DNA of 63,030 bases, the filler included, from Hyphochytrium catenoides (Eukaryota > Protista > Hyphochytriomycota), in assembly GCA_900088475.1 (NCBI GenBank). It is 10 parts of 10 records of this genome, joined end to end, with 100 filler letters (N's around TTAATTAATTAA, not from the genome) between each part and the next. Parts side by side here need not be neighbours in the genome. Positions count along the whole stretch, not along the records: positions 1 to 15,935 come from FLMG01002433.1; positions 16,036 to 20,101 come from FLMG01001200.1; positions 20,202 to 27,538 come from FLMG01002454.1; 7 more parts are not named here. The stretch is one strand, 5' to 3'. A model generated the notes under the pieces. The model was given only the letters and a program-made list of their open reading frames with translations. It was not told where the DNA came from and did no database searches. The position numbers were made by a program, and so were the translations under genes. Positions 11,464 to 23,325 of this stretch are shown piece by piece (positions within the stretch are counted from its first letter, which is position 1; the number at the start of each line of letters is the position of its first letter).

Positions 11464-12719
11464 ACGACAGAGGAAGGGACAGGAGGAGGAAGGAACTGGA
11501 GAGGAAGTGAACAAGATGATGAGAAAGCCATTGAAAGCAAGAGTGTAGCCCTCTCTCCGAGGGGGAGTCTGGAAAAACGTCTAATAATGCACGAGATTAT
11601 TGTTAGATTACCGAGACTGGAAGTCCATGACCCATGTCGTGTGAAAGAGGTAACGAAATTAAGAATCAGACTTCTGCCAATACTTGTAGGATCAAGAGAG
11701 AACGGAGAGAAAGAAAGAGATAGAGGAAAAAGGGCTGAGGGAGAGGGAGAGAGAGAGAGAGAGAGGGAGAGGGGGGGAGAGAGANNNNNNNNNNNNNNNN
11801 NNNNNNNNNNGAGAGAGAGAGAGAGAGAGGGAGAGAGAGAGAGAGAAACGGACGAGAAGGTTTAAGAAGGCTAAATATATAGAGGACAAGGAAGAAAGAA
11901 CCTAACGAAGAAGAAAAGAGTGATGACAACGGCAGCAGTTTTATATTATTTTAGAAAGTTTGACAAGAGTGATGGTAATAAAAAAACAGAAGAAAGAAGC
12001 AGAAGAGAAGCAGTGTGCTGATAGACTCCAAGAGAAAGAAGAGAGAGAAATGCTCGCTCAAAGATGTGGGGGGAGAAGAGGACAGCGCAGAAGAAGATGT
12101 AGAAAACGAAGGATGGAGGACAAAGGAAGAGGTAGAAGTGGGAGAAGATGAAAGAGAGAGAAAAAAAGAGGAAAAACAATCGGCATCTTCCCATCATCCT
12201 CTCTCTCTCTATAACATCAACCTTGACTCGCAGAGAAAGAAGAGAGAGAGAGATGATGATGTTAAATGCGAGAGAGAAGAGACAGTAAAGAGAAGAAAGT
12301 GCAGCGCCATGCTAACGGAGAGATGAAGGAGATGAAGAACAAGAGAGACATCATTGACTCTTTGGGGACCTGAGAAAGAGGGAAGGATGGCGTAAGACAC
12401 AGGAGCAGATCAACATAAGAGAGAAATAACTATCAGAAAGCAGCAGTCTCCTCTTAATATTCAGTTAGGTGTCATCGTCGGAGCCCAAAGGAGAAAAAAT
12501 TGACAGCGAAGAGGCGATCAATATAACATGAAGAGACCGACAGAAAGAGGGAAACGAAGGGGGAGAAGCAGAGAAAAGAGAAAGAGAGACGGGGGGAGAG
12601 AGAAAAGAGAGAGAGAGAGTGACACAAAAGAGAGAGACACAAAAGAGAGAGAAAGAGAAAAAAAGACAGAAAGAGAGGGTCAAGGGAAGAAGGAAGAAAA
12701 GAGAAGCGTAGATCCCTCG

Positions 12720-14759
12720 TTAGTCAAAGACAACCCTCTCGTCTTCCGAAAGGTACGCTCTCTTCTCTCTGTTGAAATATCCACCAGGGCAGTTGACTGC
12801 GCGATAGTCCTCCAGCATGGCATTCAAAGACTTGAGCCCCGTGCAGGAGAGAAAGACGCGTCTCGCCATAATCACGTCGCCTTTCTTCTTTGCCTCGCGC
12901 CAGAGAGAGAGAGGAAACTCTTTAAAGAGTGGCATCCCACAGTCAGACAACAGAGTCTCGTGCGGAAGCCAGTACTTTGTCCAGTGCCAGGAGCTTGAGG
13001 GTGCCTTCTCCTCCCCCAAGGCAGAGGCGGGGATGACCTGCCCTTGGCAATAATGGATGAAGGTGGGAAGAAGAGGCCATCTTTGCTTTTCTCTCTCTTC
13101 TTCTTCCTCTTCTCTTCTCGTCTCTCCTCTCTTCTCTCCTCCTGTCCCTTCCTGCTCTTCTTCTTCTTTCCTCTCTTCTTCTTCCGCTGCTTCTCGTTGT
13201 TGTTCCTCTATCACCTCTCTTCTCATCGCCTTCTTCGTCTCTCTCTCCTTCTTCTCCTGTCTTTTCTTCGTCACGATCAGTCTTTCTCTCTCTTGAATGG
13301 CTGGCTTGTCAGGATCGCAAGGGTTCTCTTCTGCTGTCAGCTGATCCACCCAGCGCCAGCCTTCATCTGTGTCTCCTGGGTTGGAGACCATAAAATGCGC
13401 CAGTCTCTTCTGTCCCACGCGCTGATTGACCGTCGCAAGAGAGAAAGCGCTCATCTCTTCCATCCATCCGCCGTTAATTTCCCATAGTTTCCCTGTAAAG
13501 CTCAAATAATCTGTCACGATGCGACTGAAGTCTCTCAGTTGTCCAATATAAGGCGGGCCTACCGCCATCTTCCAGGCCTCCATCCAGTCTTTCTTCTCTC
13601 CATTATAATCAAAAACAGGAGAGTCTTTCGGGAGAGAGAGAGCGTCAATGCCTCTCAACCAGGCGTGACCATAGCCATAAGCCTGAGAGACCATCTCTCC
13701 TGGCGAGACAGAGTCATTGACAGAAGAAATAAACGGCGTTTGAGGGAGAATCCAGTGCTCTGGATCCTCAGTATTTGTGAGGAGAGGACGGAGAAAGATA
13801 AAGTCGGCGTCTACGAGGGCGATGAGATATTCATCCTCATAGTTTATATTCTGAAGCCAGACAGACAGACCGCCGGGCTTGTTCCTTGGCGTGTACTTCC
13901 CTTGGAGAGAGAAATCTTCCGTGAAAAAGACGTCATAGTTCTCTCCGGAGAAGACGTGCTTTCTCTCTCTCTCTCTCTCTTTCTCTTCCTCTGTGCAGCC
14001 GCTTGCAATGCGCGTGATTCTCCCTGTGTGGCCCACTCTCCGCGCGGAAGAGAGAAGAAGTTCCGCCTGCCAGTTCATGAAAGGACGGCAATCGGTAGAG
14101 AAGATAACGTGTGGCATAAGGTTCTTCTTCTTTCTTGGCTTCTTTTCCTCTTTCTCTCTCTCTCTCTCTCCCCTCTGTAGCGTAGAGACAACCGTAGAGC
14201 TAGGAATTGACGAGGAAGAGAGAGGGGAAGAGGAGAGTGCTGATGGAAGAGAAGGAAAGAGAGAGGAGAGGGGATCACGGTAGACAGCGTGTTCTCTTCT
14301 TCTCTCTTCCTCTTCTCTTTCTCTCCATGGTGCCAGCGATATAACAGAGGAAGATGAAGACAAAGAAAAGAAGATTGTCCTCGCCACGAGAAAGAAGAGA
14401 GTGAACAGGCAGAGAAGAAGGCGGCGTGGAGGAGAGGCAGCAGGAGAGGAGGAGAGAGAGAAACGTCTCCACGAGTGTTTTCTCCTTCTTCTTTTCTCTT
14501 CCATCAGTTCTTTCACCTCCTGTGAGGTCTGAGAGGGATCGGCAAGCAGGTCGTAGCAAAAGACAGAGTCATAGAAAGCCTTTTGAAGGCTATGCAAGGG
14601 AGAAAAGAGAGAGAAAGACTTGGTCGTAGCTCTTTCTTCTCTTCTTTTCTCTCTCTTCTTCTTTTCTTCCTGGTCTTGTTCCTCAGTGTAGTTCATGAGG
14701 TTGGAAGAGAGAGAGAAAGCACCGCTGGGATGCCGTTGTTGACTAAGAAATTCGGTCAT
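12720..14759 (-). CDS. Hydroxyproline O-arabinosyltransferase / peptidyl-serine galactosyltransferase-like glycosyltransferase (GT95/GT96-like), type II membrane protein, apparently intronless
   Basis: Long ORF with HVIFSTDC..FMNWQ, TRIASGC, Y.PRNKPGG, a DxD motif (LVDADFIFLRP), GPPYI, W.EEM.AF.LA and FIHYCQ. TM segment LLLCLFTLFFLVARTIFF. The start codon is uncertain; 14759 is the first in-frame ATG. Confidence 0.8.
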   Translation of the reverse strand: MTEFLSQQRHPSGAFSLSSNLMNYTEEQDQEEKKKREKRREERATTKSFSLFSPLHSLQKAFYDSVFCYDLLADPSQTSQEVKELMEEKRRRRKHSWRRFSLSSSPAASPPRRLLLCLFTLFFLVARTIFFSLSSSSSVISLAPWREREEEERRREHAVYRDPLSSLFPSLPSALSSSPLSSSSIPSSTVVSTLQRGEREREKEEKKPRKKKNLMPHVIFSTDCRPFMNWQAELLLSSARRVGHTGRITRIASGCTEEEKERERERKHVFSGENYDVFFTEDFSLQGKYTPRNKPGGLSVWLQNINYEDEYLIALVDADFIFLRPLLTNTEDPEHWILPQTPFISSVNDSVSPGEMVSQAYGYGHAWLRGIDALSLPKDSPVFDYNGEKKDWMEAWKMAVGPPYIGQLRDFSRIVTDYLSFTGKLWEINGGWMEEMSAFSLATVNQRVGQKRLAHFMVSNPGDTDEGWRWVDQLTAEENPCDPDKPAIQERERLIVTKKRQEKKERETKKAMRREVIEEQQREAAEEEERKEEEEQEGTGGEKRGETRREEEEEEREKQRWPLLPTFIHYCQGQVIPASALGEEKAPSSSWHWTKYWLPHETLLSDCGMPLFKEFPLSLWREAKKKGDVIMARRVFLSCTGLKSLNAMLEDYRAVNCPGGYFNREKRAYLSEDERVVFD

Positions 14760-15935
14760 CTTTGAAAGGCGACAAGAGAAGAGAGAAGAGGTGGTGGTCA
14801 AGGAGAGAGCGAGAGAGAGAGAGAGAGAAGCTTCCCTACTCTGAGGTGCTCTCTTTTTCTCTCTCTTTCTTTTATCCCGAGCAAGAGAGAAGAACAAAGC
14901 GAGAGCACGGAGACTAACGGTAATGACTTTCTCTACTTTCCAAGAGTAAATTGGATAGTGATGCACTTTCTCTCTCTCTTCGCATTTCTCCTTTCCCGCT
15001 TCTTTGTCTCTTCCTCTCTCCTCTTGCCCTCCCCCTTCTCTCCCCTCTCCTCAAGTGCCATCGTCTCTCTCCCTTCCGGCAGAAGACGACGACGTAGCAG
15101 AAGGGAAGTAGACTTTAGGAGAGAGGAGACAGCAGCCACCAAAGAGAGAGAGAGACTCCAGAGCGTCCCAAGGGAGAGAAGCCACAGACCAAAAGTAAAG
15201 AGAGACTCTGGAGCTACGGAGACAAGAGTAGGGAGCTGAAGCAACACGGAGAAAGAGCTTTGTGAGGAAAACTGTCAACCAGAGAGAGAAGCTGATGCAC
15301 ACGGACAGAAGACAGGGGGAGAGAGAGGATATGGAAGAAGAGAAGGAGAAGAGAGAGAGAGAAAAAAAAAGAGAGAGAGAGAGAGAGAGAAAAGAGAGAG
15401 AGAGAGAGACAGAAAAAAAGAGAGAGAGAGAGAGAGGGAGAGGGAGAGAGAGAGAGAGAGACACAGAAAAAAANNNNNNNNNNGAGAGAGAGAGAGAGAG
15501 AGGGAGAGGGAGAGAGAAAGAGAAAGAGAGGAAAGAAGGGGACAAGGAAGGGAAAAGTGTTCATCAGGTGAAGAAGAGCGAAAGAAAACAGATGGTCTTC
15601 CCATCGTAAATATAGGCCTGTGCAAGACAGAGTCAATAGACAGAGTAAGAGGTACGACATAGATTACTATACAGCAGGTGGGTTGAGAGAGACACCTCTC
15701 CGAGGGTAGGAAGTAGCAAGGAATTTATAAGGAGGAGGTGAGACAGAGAGACAAGAGACAGGGAACCCGAGAGCTGAAAAAGAGCAGGAAAGCGTAGAAA
15801 AGCAAGCGAGACAGAGTCGAGACAGAACGCCAATCAGAGTAGTAAACCACAGACAACGAGAGGAGGAGAGAGGAAGAGATACACCTGGATTGATCCTATT
15901 ATTGCTGCTGAGAGCCAGTGTAGACGGCCTTCAAG

Positions 15936-16035
15936 NNNNNNNNNNNNNNNNNNNNNNNNNNNNNNNNNNNNNNNNNNNNTTAATTAATTAANNNNNNNNN
16001 NNNNNNNNNNNNNNNNNNNNNNNNNNNNNNNNNNN
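15936..16035. other. Artificial scaffold linker N44-TTAATTAATTAA-N44 (also 20102-20201, 27539-27638, 30815-30914, 35994-36093, 37394-37493, 43868-43967, 49287-49386, 61089-61188)
   Basis: An identical 100-bp construct with stops in all six frames, present nine times. Genes are truncated at these positions. Confidence 0.98.
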
Positions 16036-16562
16036 GAGAGAGAGAGAGAGAGAAGGGGAAGGAGAGAGGTAGTGAGAGAGGGGGGGAGAGAGAGAGGAGA
16101 GAGAGACAGAGAGAGAGAGAAGAGAGAGAGAGAGAGTGTGTGAGAGAAACGGGGAGCGGGAAAGAAAGCCCAAAGAGACAAAGGGAATGAAAGAAAGAGA
16201 AGCAGAAGAGAGAGAGAGAGAGAAACACGAATGCAAGAACGAGGCAGTGGAAAAGGAAAAGGAAGAGATGTAGAATGAAAAGCGAAGGGTGCTCCTATTA
16301 GTTACAGTGGGGTGATGCAGCAGGGGAATCAAAGAGAGAGACACAGAGAGAAGACTGAGAGAGAAGAGCTGCAAGAGAGGTAGAACGAGAAAGAGAGAGA
16401 AAGAAAGAAGGAGAAAGAAGGAGAGAGAAAGAAAGAGAGAGAAAGAGAGGGAAAGAGAGGAGAAAAGGTCCCGAGAGAAGAGAAAAGAGAGTCATGAGAA
16501 AACGGCCGACACATCGGGGAGAGAGAGAGAGAAAGAGAGAGAAAAAGAGAGAGAGAGTTTAC

Positions 16563-17723
16563 ATGGAATCCGAACTTGGTTTCCAGGAGATATTTCATCA
16601 TTCGCGTGTCGTTCGTACATCCGCGGAGCTCGCCCACGAGTCCGCGGTAGCAGATTCCTACTAATAAAGCCTTCTTCCGACCCACTGACAGAGAGAGAGA
16701 GAGAGAGACAGAGAGNNNNNNNNNNNNNNNNNNNNGAGAGAGAGAGAGAGAGAGAGAGAGGAGAAAGATTAACAGGTTGAGGAAGACACAGAGAGAGAAG
16801 GAGAAGAGACATACGTGGTGAGAGAGATAGAGTTCGAGGGAGAAAGAACCAAAGAAGAGAGAGAAAAAGAAAGAGCAAGGGAGAGCATGATGGACGGAGA
16901 GAGGTTAGCATATGAAAGAGCTTGCAAACGAGAGAAAGATGAAAGAAAAAGGCAAGATGAAGTCTGATACGATGAGGCCGATTAATAAAAAAGGAAGAAA
17001 GAAACATATGAGAAAGAGAGAGAGAGAGGAACGATGTAAAAAGAGAGAGAGAGAACGAGACCAAGGACTATCAAAGCTAAAGGGCGATGAATATACAGCA
17101 TGTGCTTACTATCATATTGTGTAGCAAAAGGAAGACAGAGAGAGAGAGACAGAGAGAGAGAGAGACATCACGAGTGAGACTCAAAATCAGGGAGAGAAAC
17201 AATAAAGAAAGAGAAAGAGAGACTCTCTCTTTCTATCTTTACCTGGAGCTGGGGCAGCCATTGGCGCCGCAGGGGCAGCAGGAGTTCCCATCGGAGCAGC
17301 CATCGGCGCGGGAGACACGGATGGCGCGGAGGCAGGGAGAGAGAGAGATGGAGATGCCGAGGAAGAGAGAGAGAGAGGCGCAGACGCTGCGGGAAAGGGC
17401 GCCGAAGAAGAGGAAGAGACGGCTGTCTGGGGAGGAATCTGAGGATAGAAAGAAGAAGAAGAAGAGGAAGTCATAGCCGGAGAAGGGAGAGAAGAAGAAG
17501 AGAGAGGGAGAGAGGGCGGCGGTCCAGATGTGTAAGGCTGGCTTGTCCCTGGATAAGGAGAGGGAGAGACAGTGGCGGCAGGCGGAGGAGGAGGAGGGAG
17601 AGAGACGTTGAAGACAAGGCCGCAGGCGCCGCAGCGGAGCTGAGGAACATTTCCAGGAGGAAGCTGGAGAGTCCGCCGACAACCCGGGCAGTTCACCTGA
17701 AGGGGCTGCTGCTGATAGTACAT
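16563..17723 (-). CDS. Type I metacaspase with N-terminal LSD1-like zinc finger and Pro/Ser-rich prodomain; exons 17723-17243 and 16684-16563; 3' part lost at scaffold end
   Basis: CPGCRRTLQLPPGNVPQLRCGACG zinc finger and Pro-rich linker, then GRKKALLVGICY......LRGCTND...M...L...FGF, the start of the metacaspase p20 domain. Confidence 0.88.
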
Positions 17724-17741
17724 CTCTCTCTCTCCCTCTTT

Positions 17742-17776
<35 letters not shown>

Positions 17777-18064
17777 TCTTTCTCTCTCTCTCTCTTTCCC
17801 TCTCTCTCTCTCCTGTTTCCTGTCTGATGGATGATGCCTAATAGCAGGAGGGTTTGTCCGGAGCAATGGTAGAGCTCTCTTTCTCTCTCACTTTTTAGGT
17901 TTGAAAAGGTGATCTGTTAGTGCTACTCGGAAGCTCAACTGTGTCTCTCCCTCTCTCTGTAAATTGTGGTCCCTCTCTCTCTCTTCGCGAATGCTTTCGT
18001 TCTGAGGACTGTCAAGCGATGGCAAAAACAGTACTGGCACAAGGAGAGACTGGTTGACACAAGG

Positions 18065-18105
<41 letters not shown>

Positions 18106-18402
18106 GAGGGAGGTTCAGAAAACAGAGAGAAGAGGCTGGATTGTGGAGAGCGGACAAACTTACATCCGTCTCACTGATAGTTATAGAAGAGAGAAAAATT
18201 AGAGAGAGAAAAGAGAGAGATAGTTCCAGAGAGAAAAAGAGCGAGAGAGAGGAGAGAAACAGAGAGAGAGAGTGAGAGAGAGAGTGAGAGAGAGAGTGAG
18301 AGAGAGAGAGAAAAGAAAGGGACAGAGAGCGAGAGAGAGATAGAAAGACAGAGAGAGAGAGAGAGAGAGAAAAAGAAACGACAGAGAGCGAGAGAGAGGT
18401 AG

Positions 18403-18448
<46 letters not shown>

Positions 18449-18894
18449 TGAGTGAGGATCAATCTTTCTCTTTGCCTCCACATTCACTCCTGTTTTCTTG
18501 TGGTACAGCCGTACTTGGAATTTCGTACTTGTGCTTTAGAAATTGATCAATAAACCAAAGGGGTAGATTAATCAAGAACGCTATTCAATGCGGTCTTTCT
18601 AGTGTGATCTTCCTGAGAGTGTCAAATAACGGATTGGAAGCAAGCACCTAACAGATAGAACTATGGGCATGTGGGGAATTTCTTTCAAAAATATAGTCCT
18701 CGTACAGTAAAATATCAGATTCGAAGCTGTAATCCTCAGGTTTGGGTGCTTTGAAACGAAAGGTCACACCAACATCCAACATACGGAAGGGAAGAGAGAG
18801 AGGAGCAAGAGAGCGACGAGAGAGCGGGTGGTGAGAGGGAGAGAAAGAGAGAGCGAGAGAGAGAAAGAGAAGAGAGAGAGAGAGAGAGAGAGAA

Positions 18895-18930
<36 letters not shown>

Positions 18931-19058
18931 AGGAAGAAAGAGATCGCGAGACGGATCAGAGTTCTTGGTATTTGTTATCCCCTTTCTCTTCTGCTAATTA
19001 TTGTTTTGAAGACTTAGGTTAACTGCTGCTATGAAGATAATCATAATTCTAAGAAGTA

Positions 19059-19460
19059 AACGAAGAAGAAGAAGAAGAAGGAGGAGAAGGAGGAGGAGAA
19101 GAAGAAAGAGAAGAAGAAGAAAGAAGAAACGGAAGGAAAAGAGAGAGAAGAAGAAAGGGGAAGAAGAAGAAGAAAAAAGAGAAAAGGAAGAAGTAGGAGA
19201 AGCAGCAGGACAAGGAGGAGCAAGAGATACAAGAAGAAGAAATAAGAGGAGAAGGAGAAAGAGAAGAAGAAGAAGAAGGAGGAGGAGAAGAAAGTGATGG
19301 AGAAGAGAGAGAAGGAGGAGGGAAAAGAACGAGAAGAAAGAGAAAAGGACAAAGTAGGAGAAGAAGAAGAGGGAGGAGAAGAAGAAGAAGATAGAAGAAG
19401 GGGAAATGGGAGGAAGAGAAGAAGGAAGAAAGTGTAAAAGAAGAAAAAAGAGAAGAAGAA
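19059..19460 (+). repeat. Polypurine (GAA/GGA)n-rich tract
   Basis: About 400 bp made almost entirely of A and G in trinucleotide periodicity. Confidence 0.9.
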
Positions 19461-19933
19461 ACCACCACAGCTAAAAAGCCTTGATCTCCTCGTCAACTTT
19501 ATCTTCTCCTCGCTACTGCCACCATGTCCTTTGTTGGCCGGTGTCAGCCAAGCTGTCAGAATATTCTATGATACTATCATCGACGCTTCTCTCCCTTGTT
19601 CTTTTACGATAGCAGGTTAAAGATGCATGATATCTAGAGAGAGAAAAGTAAAAGAGACCAGACAGAAAGGGGAGAGAGGAGGAAGAAGAGAACAAGAGAG
19701 GGGAATGGTGGAAGAGACTTGTTCTACTGCCACGAGACAAAAGAGTAGTTAGCAGAAGATACGCTTATTCAAGACGCAGCCGCCATGTAGCGTTTAGAGC
19801 TCTCGGATCGCTTCCCGAGACTCGTCTCTCTCGTACGCTACTGGTAGGCACAGAGGAAGCCTTGGAAAGAACACTCTAGCGCAATAAACTGAAGTGTAGA
19901 TCGTCTGGAAGATGTGAAGTGAGATTAGGCTTT

Positions 19934-20092
19934 TGTTATATGTATATCTCCTCAGACGGCTGCTAACTACCGGGTTGCGCTCTAGACACGGATCGACCGG
20001 TGTATGGGATGTGTGTTATATGTATATCTCCTCAGACGGCTGCTAACCACCGGTTGCGCTCTAGACACGGATCGACCGGTGTATGGGATGTG
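19934..20092. repeat. Tandem duplication, 2 copies of an ~80-bp unit
   Basis: TGTTATATGTATATCTCCTCAGACGGC...GTATGGGATGTG occurs at 19934-20013 and 20014-20092. The copies differ by one substitution and one indel. Confidence 0.92.
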
Positions 20093-20201
20093 ACCTCTTC
20101 TNNNNNNNNNNNNNNNNNNNNNNNNNNNNNNNNNNNNNNNNNNNNTTAATTAATTAANNNNNNNNNNNNNNNNNNNNNNNNNNNNNNNNNNNNNNNNNNN
20201 N

Positions 20202-20683
20202 CCTGCTGCAGCGTTTGTCTCTATAAAACATCGCGAAAGGCCTGCAGTTCCCTTTCATGGCGGGTCCGCCTCCGGCCGGGGCAATGCGGACATGCAGAGC
20301 ATTAGCCGCTCCAACTGGCCGCGTCCCTGGGACGGCGAGCGTACGATGGCGCCGCTCACAGACTTGCAGAGACATGGAAACGGAAGACGAGAAACAATAG
20401 TCTTCCTCCCATTTGGAGCCCTCAGATGAGCTCTTCGCATAGATCTATACAGGTAAGCGCACAATGAGGAAGCGGGGCGGAAGGGGAGAGGCAAGGATAG
20501 GAGAGAGAGAGAAAGAGAGAGTGTGCGAGAAAGAGAGATTAAACTCAGAGACATTGTTGAGATGAGAGAGAGGGAGAGATTGTCAGAGAAAGGAGAGTTT
20601 GAGTGTATCAAGGCTCATATCTTTCCTATCTAAGACAGGCTCTCTCTGTATAACGCCCGTCCCTAATGTTATTGTTAAAGCTG

Positions 20684-20726
<43 letters not shown>

Positions 20727-21356
20727 CTCCTCTCCCTCTGAGTCTCTCTCTCTCTCTTGGGCATTCTTTCTTTTCATATTGCCTCACTGCCCCATGCGAG
20801 GTACCTCACCTTTTCTCCGTATGCGGGGCCAAAGCCTAGCAACAGCTTCTCTTCTCTATCTCCGCTCTCAGTCGTTACCGGGACGAAAGAGAGGGAGAGA
20901 AGAGGAGAGAGACTCTTGATATCGTAGTTTCTCCCCCTCACTTGGGCCATGCCAGGACTGAGGTCCAGCTGGAGAGAGAGAGAGAATGAAGAGGGAAGAG
21001 AGAGAGACGAAGGATCCGCCGGAGGAGGAGAAGAGGGAGACTGGACAAAGCAGAGATGCTCAAGCACTGAAGGCCAGAACGATCTTCTCCGGTCAGCAGA
21101 GAGCCACCACTCCAGAGTGGAGGTCAGTTCAGGAGAGGGAAGTGATGAAGAGAGAGAGAGACAGTCCAGGACTGTCTGCAGAGAGAAGAGAGCCGTTCGT
21201 CTAGCAAAGCGGCAACGCGGTCTTCCCTCCTGATGTGCAAGTACTTTTCTATGGAACACCTCGACTAGGATACTGATGCCTCCTGAAAAGACAGAGAAGG
21301 TTAACAGACCAGCAAGGACGAGGACGAGATTAGGAGAGGGAAAATGCGCACAAGAC

Positions 21357-21391
<35 letters not shown>

Positions 21392-22210
21392 CGAGGAAGA
21401 GGGGTAAAGAGAGATGGAGAGAGAAAGAGAGAGACAGTGAGAGAAAGAGAGAGAAAGAGAGACACTGAGAGAAAGAGAGAGAAAGAGAGAGACTGAGAGA
21501 AAGAGAGAGAAAGAGAGACACTGAGAGACAAGGCAGAGAGAGAGAGAGACACTGGGAGACAAAGCAGAGAGAGAGAGAGAGAAAGAGAGAAAGAAAGAAC
21601 AGGGAGAGAGAAAGAAGGTGGGAAGAGGGAGAGTGGATTGAAAAGGACAGGAAGAGAAGTTAGCCATCAGTGTCAGAAGGAGAGACAGTTCCCTACCCGA
21701 GAGAATGTGCGTGCCCACAGTCACCTGAACCATGCAGATCCCTGCCCAGGGCACCTTCATACACGTTCTATAGACGATCTGTGATCGAGAAGGAGAGAGA
21801 ACGGCACGTGTCGGAGAGAGAGAGCGGGAAAGAGAGGCACGTTTCGACGACGCTGCCGGGAGAGAGAGAGACGAAAGAGCGTTCTCTCCCCATATTCCCT
21901 CTTGCACATCTCTGAGAATGCTCTTCACTCTTTGTTCCGGGAGAACAAGGCGGAATGTCTTCTGAGAGGAATCTTCCAGGGCAGAGAATCGAAGGAAAGA
22001 AGGCTCTCGAGTGCAGCGCAGGCGGTGGATGGAGAGAAGGACCTCTGCGAGGAGAGACAAGGGGTAAGTGAAAGTGCAAGAGAGAGAGAGAGAGGCTAAA
22101 GAGTGGATAAAGGAAAGAGATAGGCAGACAGAAGTGAAATAGAAGAGAGAGGAGATTAATCGGGGTTAGACGAAGAGACGGAGGACTGGCTCAGGGAAGT
22201 ACAAAGAGAA

Positions 22211-22243
<33 letters not shown>

Positions 22244-23275
22244 GAGGTTGTGCAAGAGTTGATAGACAGCGACTGAGAAAGAAGAGAGGCCCTCAAGTTG
22301 CTCCAAGCTCAGATGGAAGTGTCCATTATGGAAGTGTCCATTAAAAGAGAAACAGAGCAAATGGCAGGGACCACGCAGTCGAGAGAAAGACGTAGCATGT
22401 GGAAGAGACAGAGAGAGAGAGACAGAGAGACAATCAGATCGTCAGACAGACAAGCAGACAACATAGAAAGAGAGCGCACGAGTGGAGAAAGAGGCTTGAA
22501 TTTCATCATCGATTGTCATGGCAGGAGAGACGTCGTACCTCTATCACCCAGCGTCAGGGGGAAAGGAGAAGTCAGGGAAGAAAGCGAGAAGATTCTGCCG
22601 TCTTCTCTCATCCCCGCGCTTCCTGCGTGAGAGTTGGAGGAGAAGGAAGGCTGAAGCATGAGCTTCTGTCCCTCAGAAGCAGGAGAGAGAGAAAGAGAAG
22701 GAGAGAGTGGTCTTTCAGAAGGGTCGTCCAACTCCTTCTCCAGCTTCTTTGCCGCTTCTTCTGCAGGAAAGGGAACGGAAAGCCCTCCTCCTTCTCCCTT
22801 CATAGGAGAGAGAGAGAGACCTGACGGGGGAGGAGGAGGAAGAAGAGAGAGGACCGCTGCTGCACCCTCTAACGCTCTCTTAGTGCTAACTGACTGGAGC
22901 TGACTGCGCCCGCTGAGGATCCCTTCCAGATCTCGAGCGGCCTTGAGGCCTGGAGGGAAAGAGAGAGAGAGAAAGAGAGAGAGACAGAGAGACAGAGAGA
23001 CACAGAGAGAGAGAGGGAGACAGACAGACAGACACACAGAGAGAGAGAGAGACAGAGGGAGAGAGAGAGAGAGAAAGAGAAGGGAGAGAGACAGAGAGTA
23101 ATTTCGACTATTAGAGGGTGGCACTGTAGCCAAAGAGTGATAAAGAGACTGTGTGCTGTGAGGAGAGAAACAACAATGCGTGCGGAGATGATGATAGAAA
23201 GGGAGTGTCACGGAGAGAAGACCACAAACGACAAGTGACCAGAATTGCAAGCGGATAAAGACAGAGCGGAGAGGC

Positions 23276-23325
<50 letters not shown>

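Noticed and set aside
15564-15935. Possible 3' end of a minus-strand gene (EGRLHWLSAAIIGSIQ|AYIYDGKTICFLSLFFT*)
   Set aside because: Phase-consistent but too short and unrecognisable to support.
19031-19496. Protamine-like poly-Arg/Lys ORF and antisense poly-Phe/Ser ORFs
   Set aside because: By-products of the GAA tract, with no other coding evidence.
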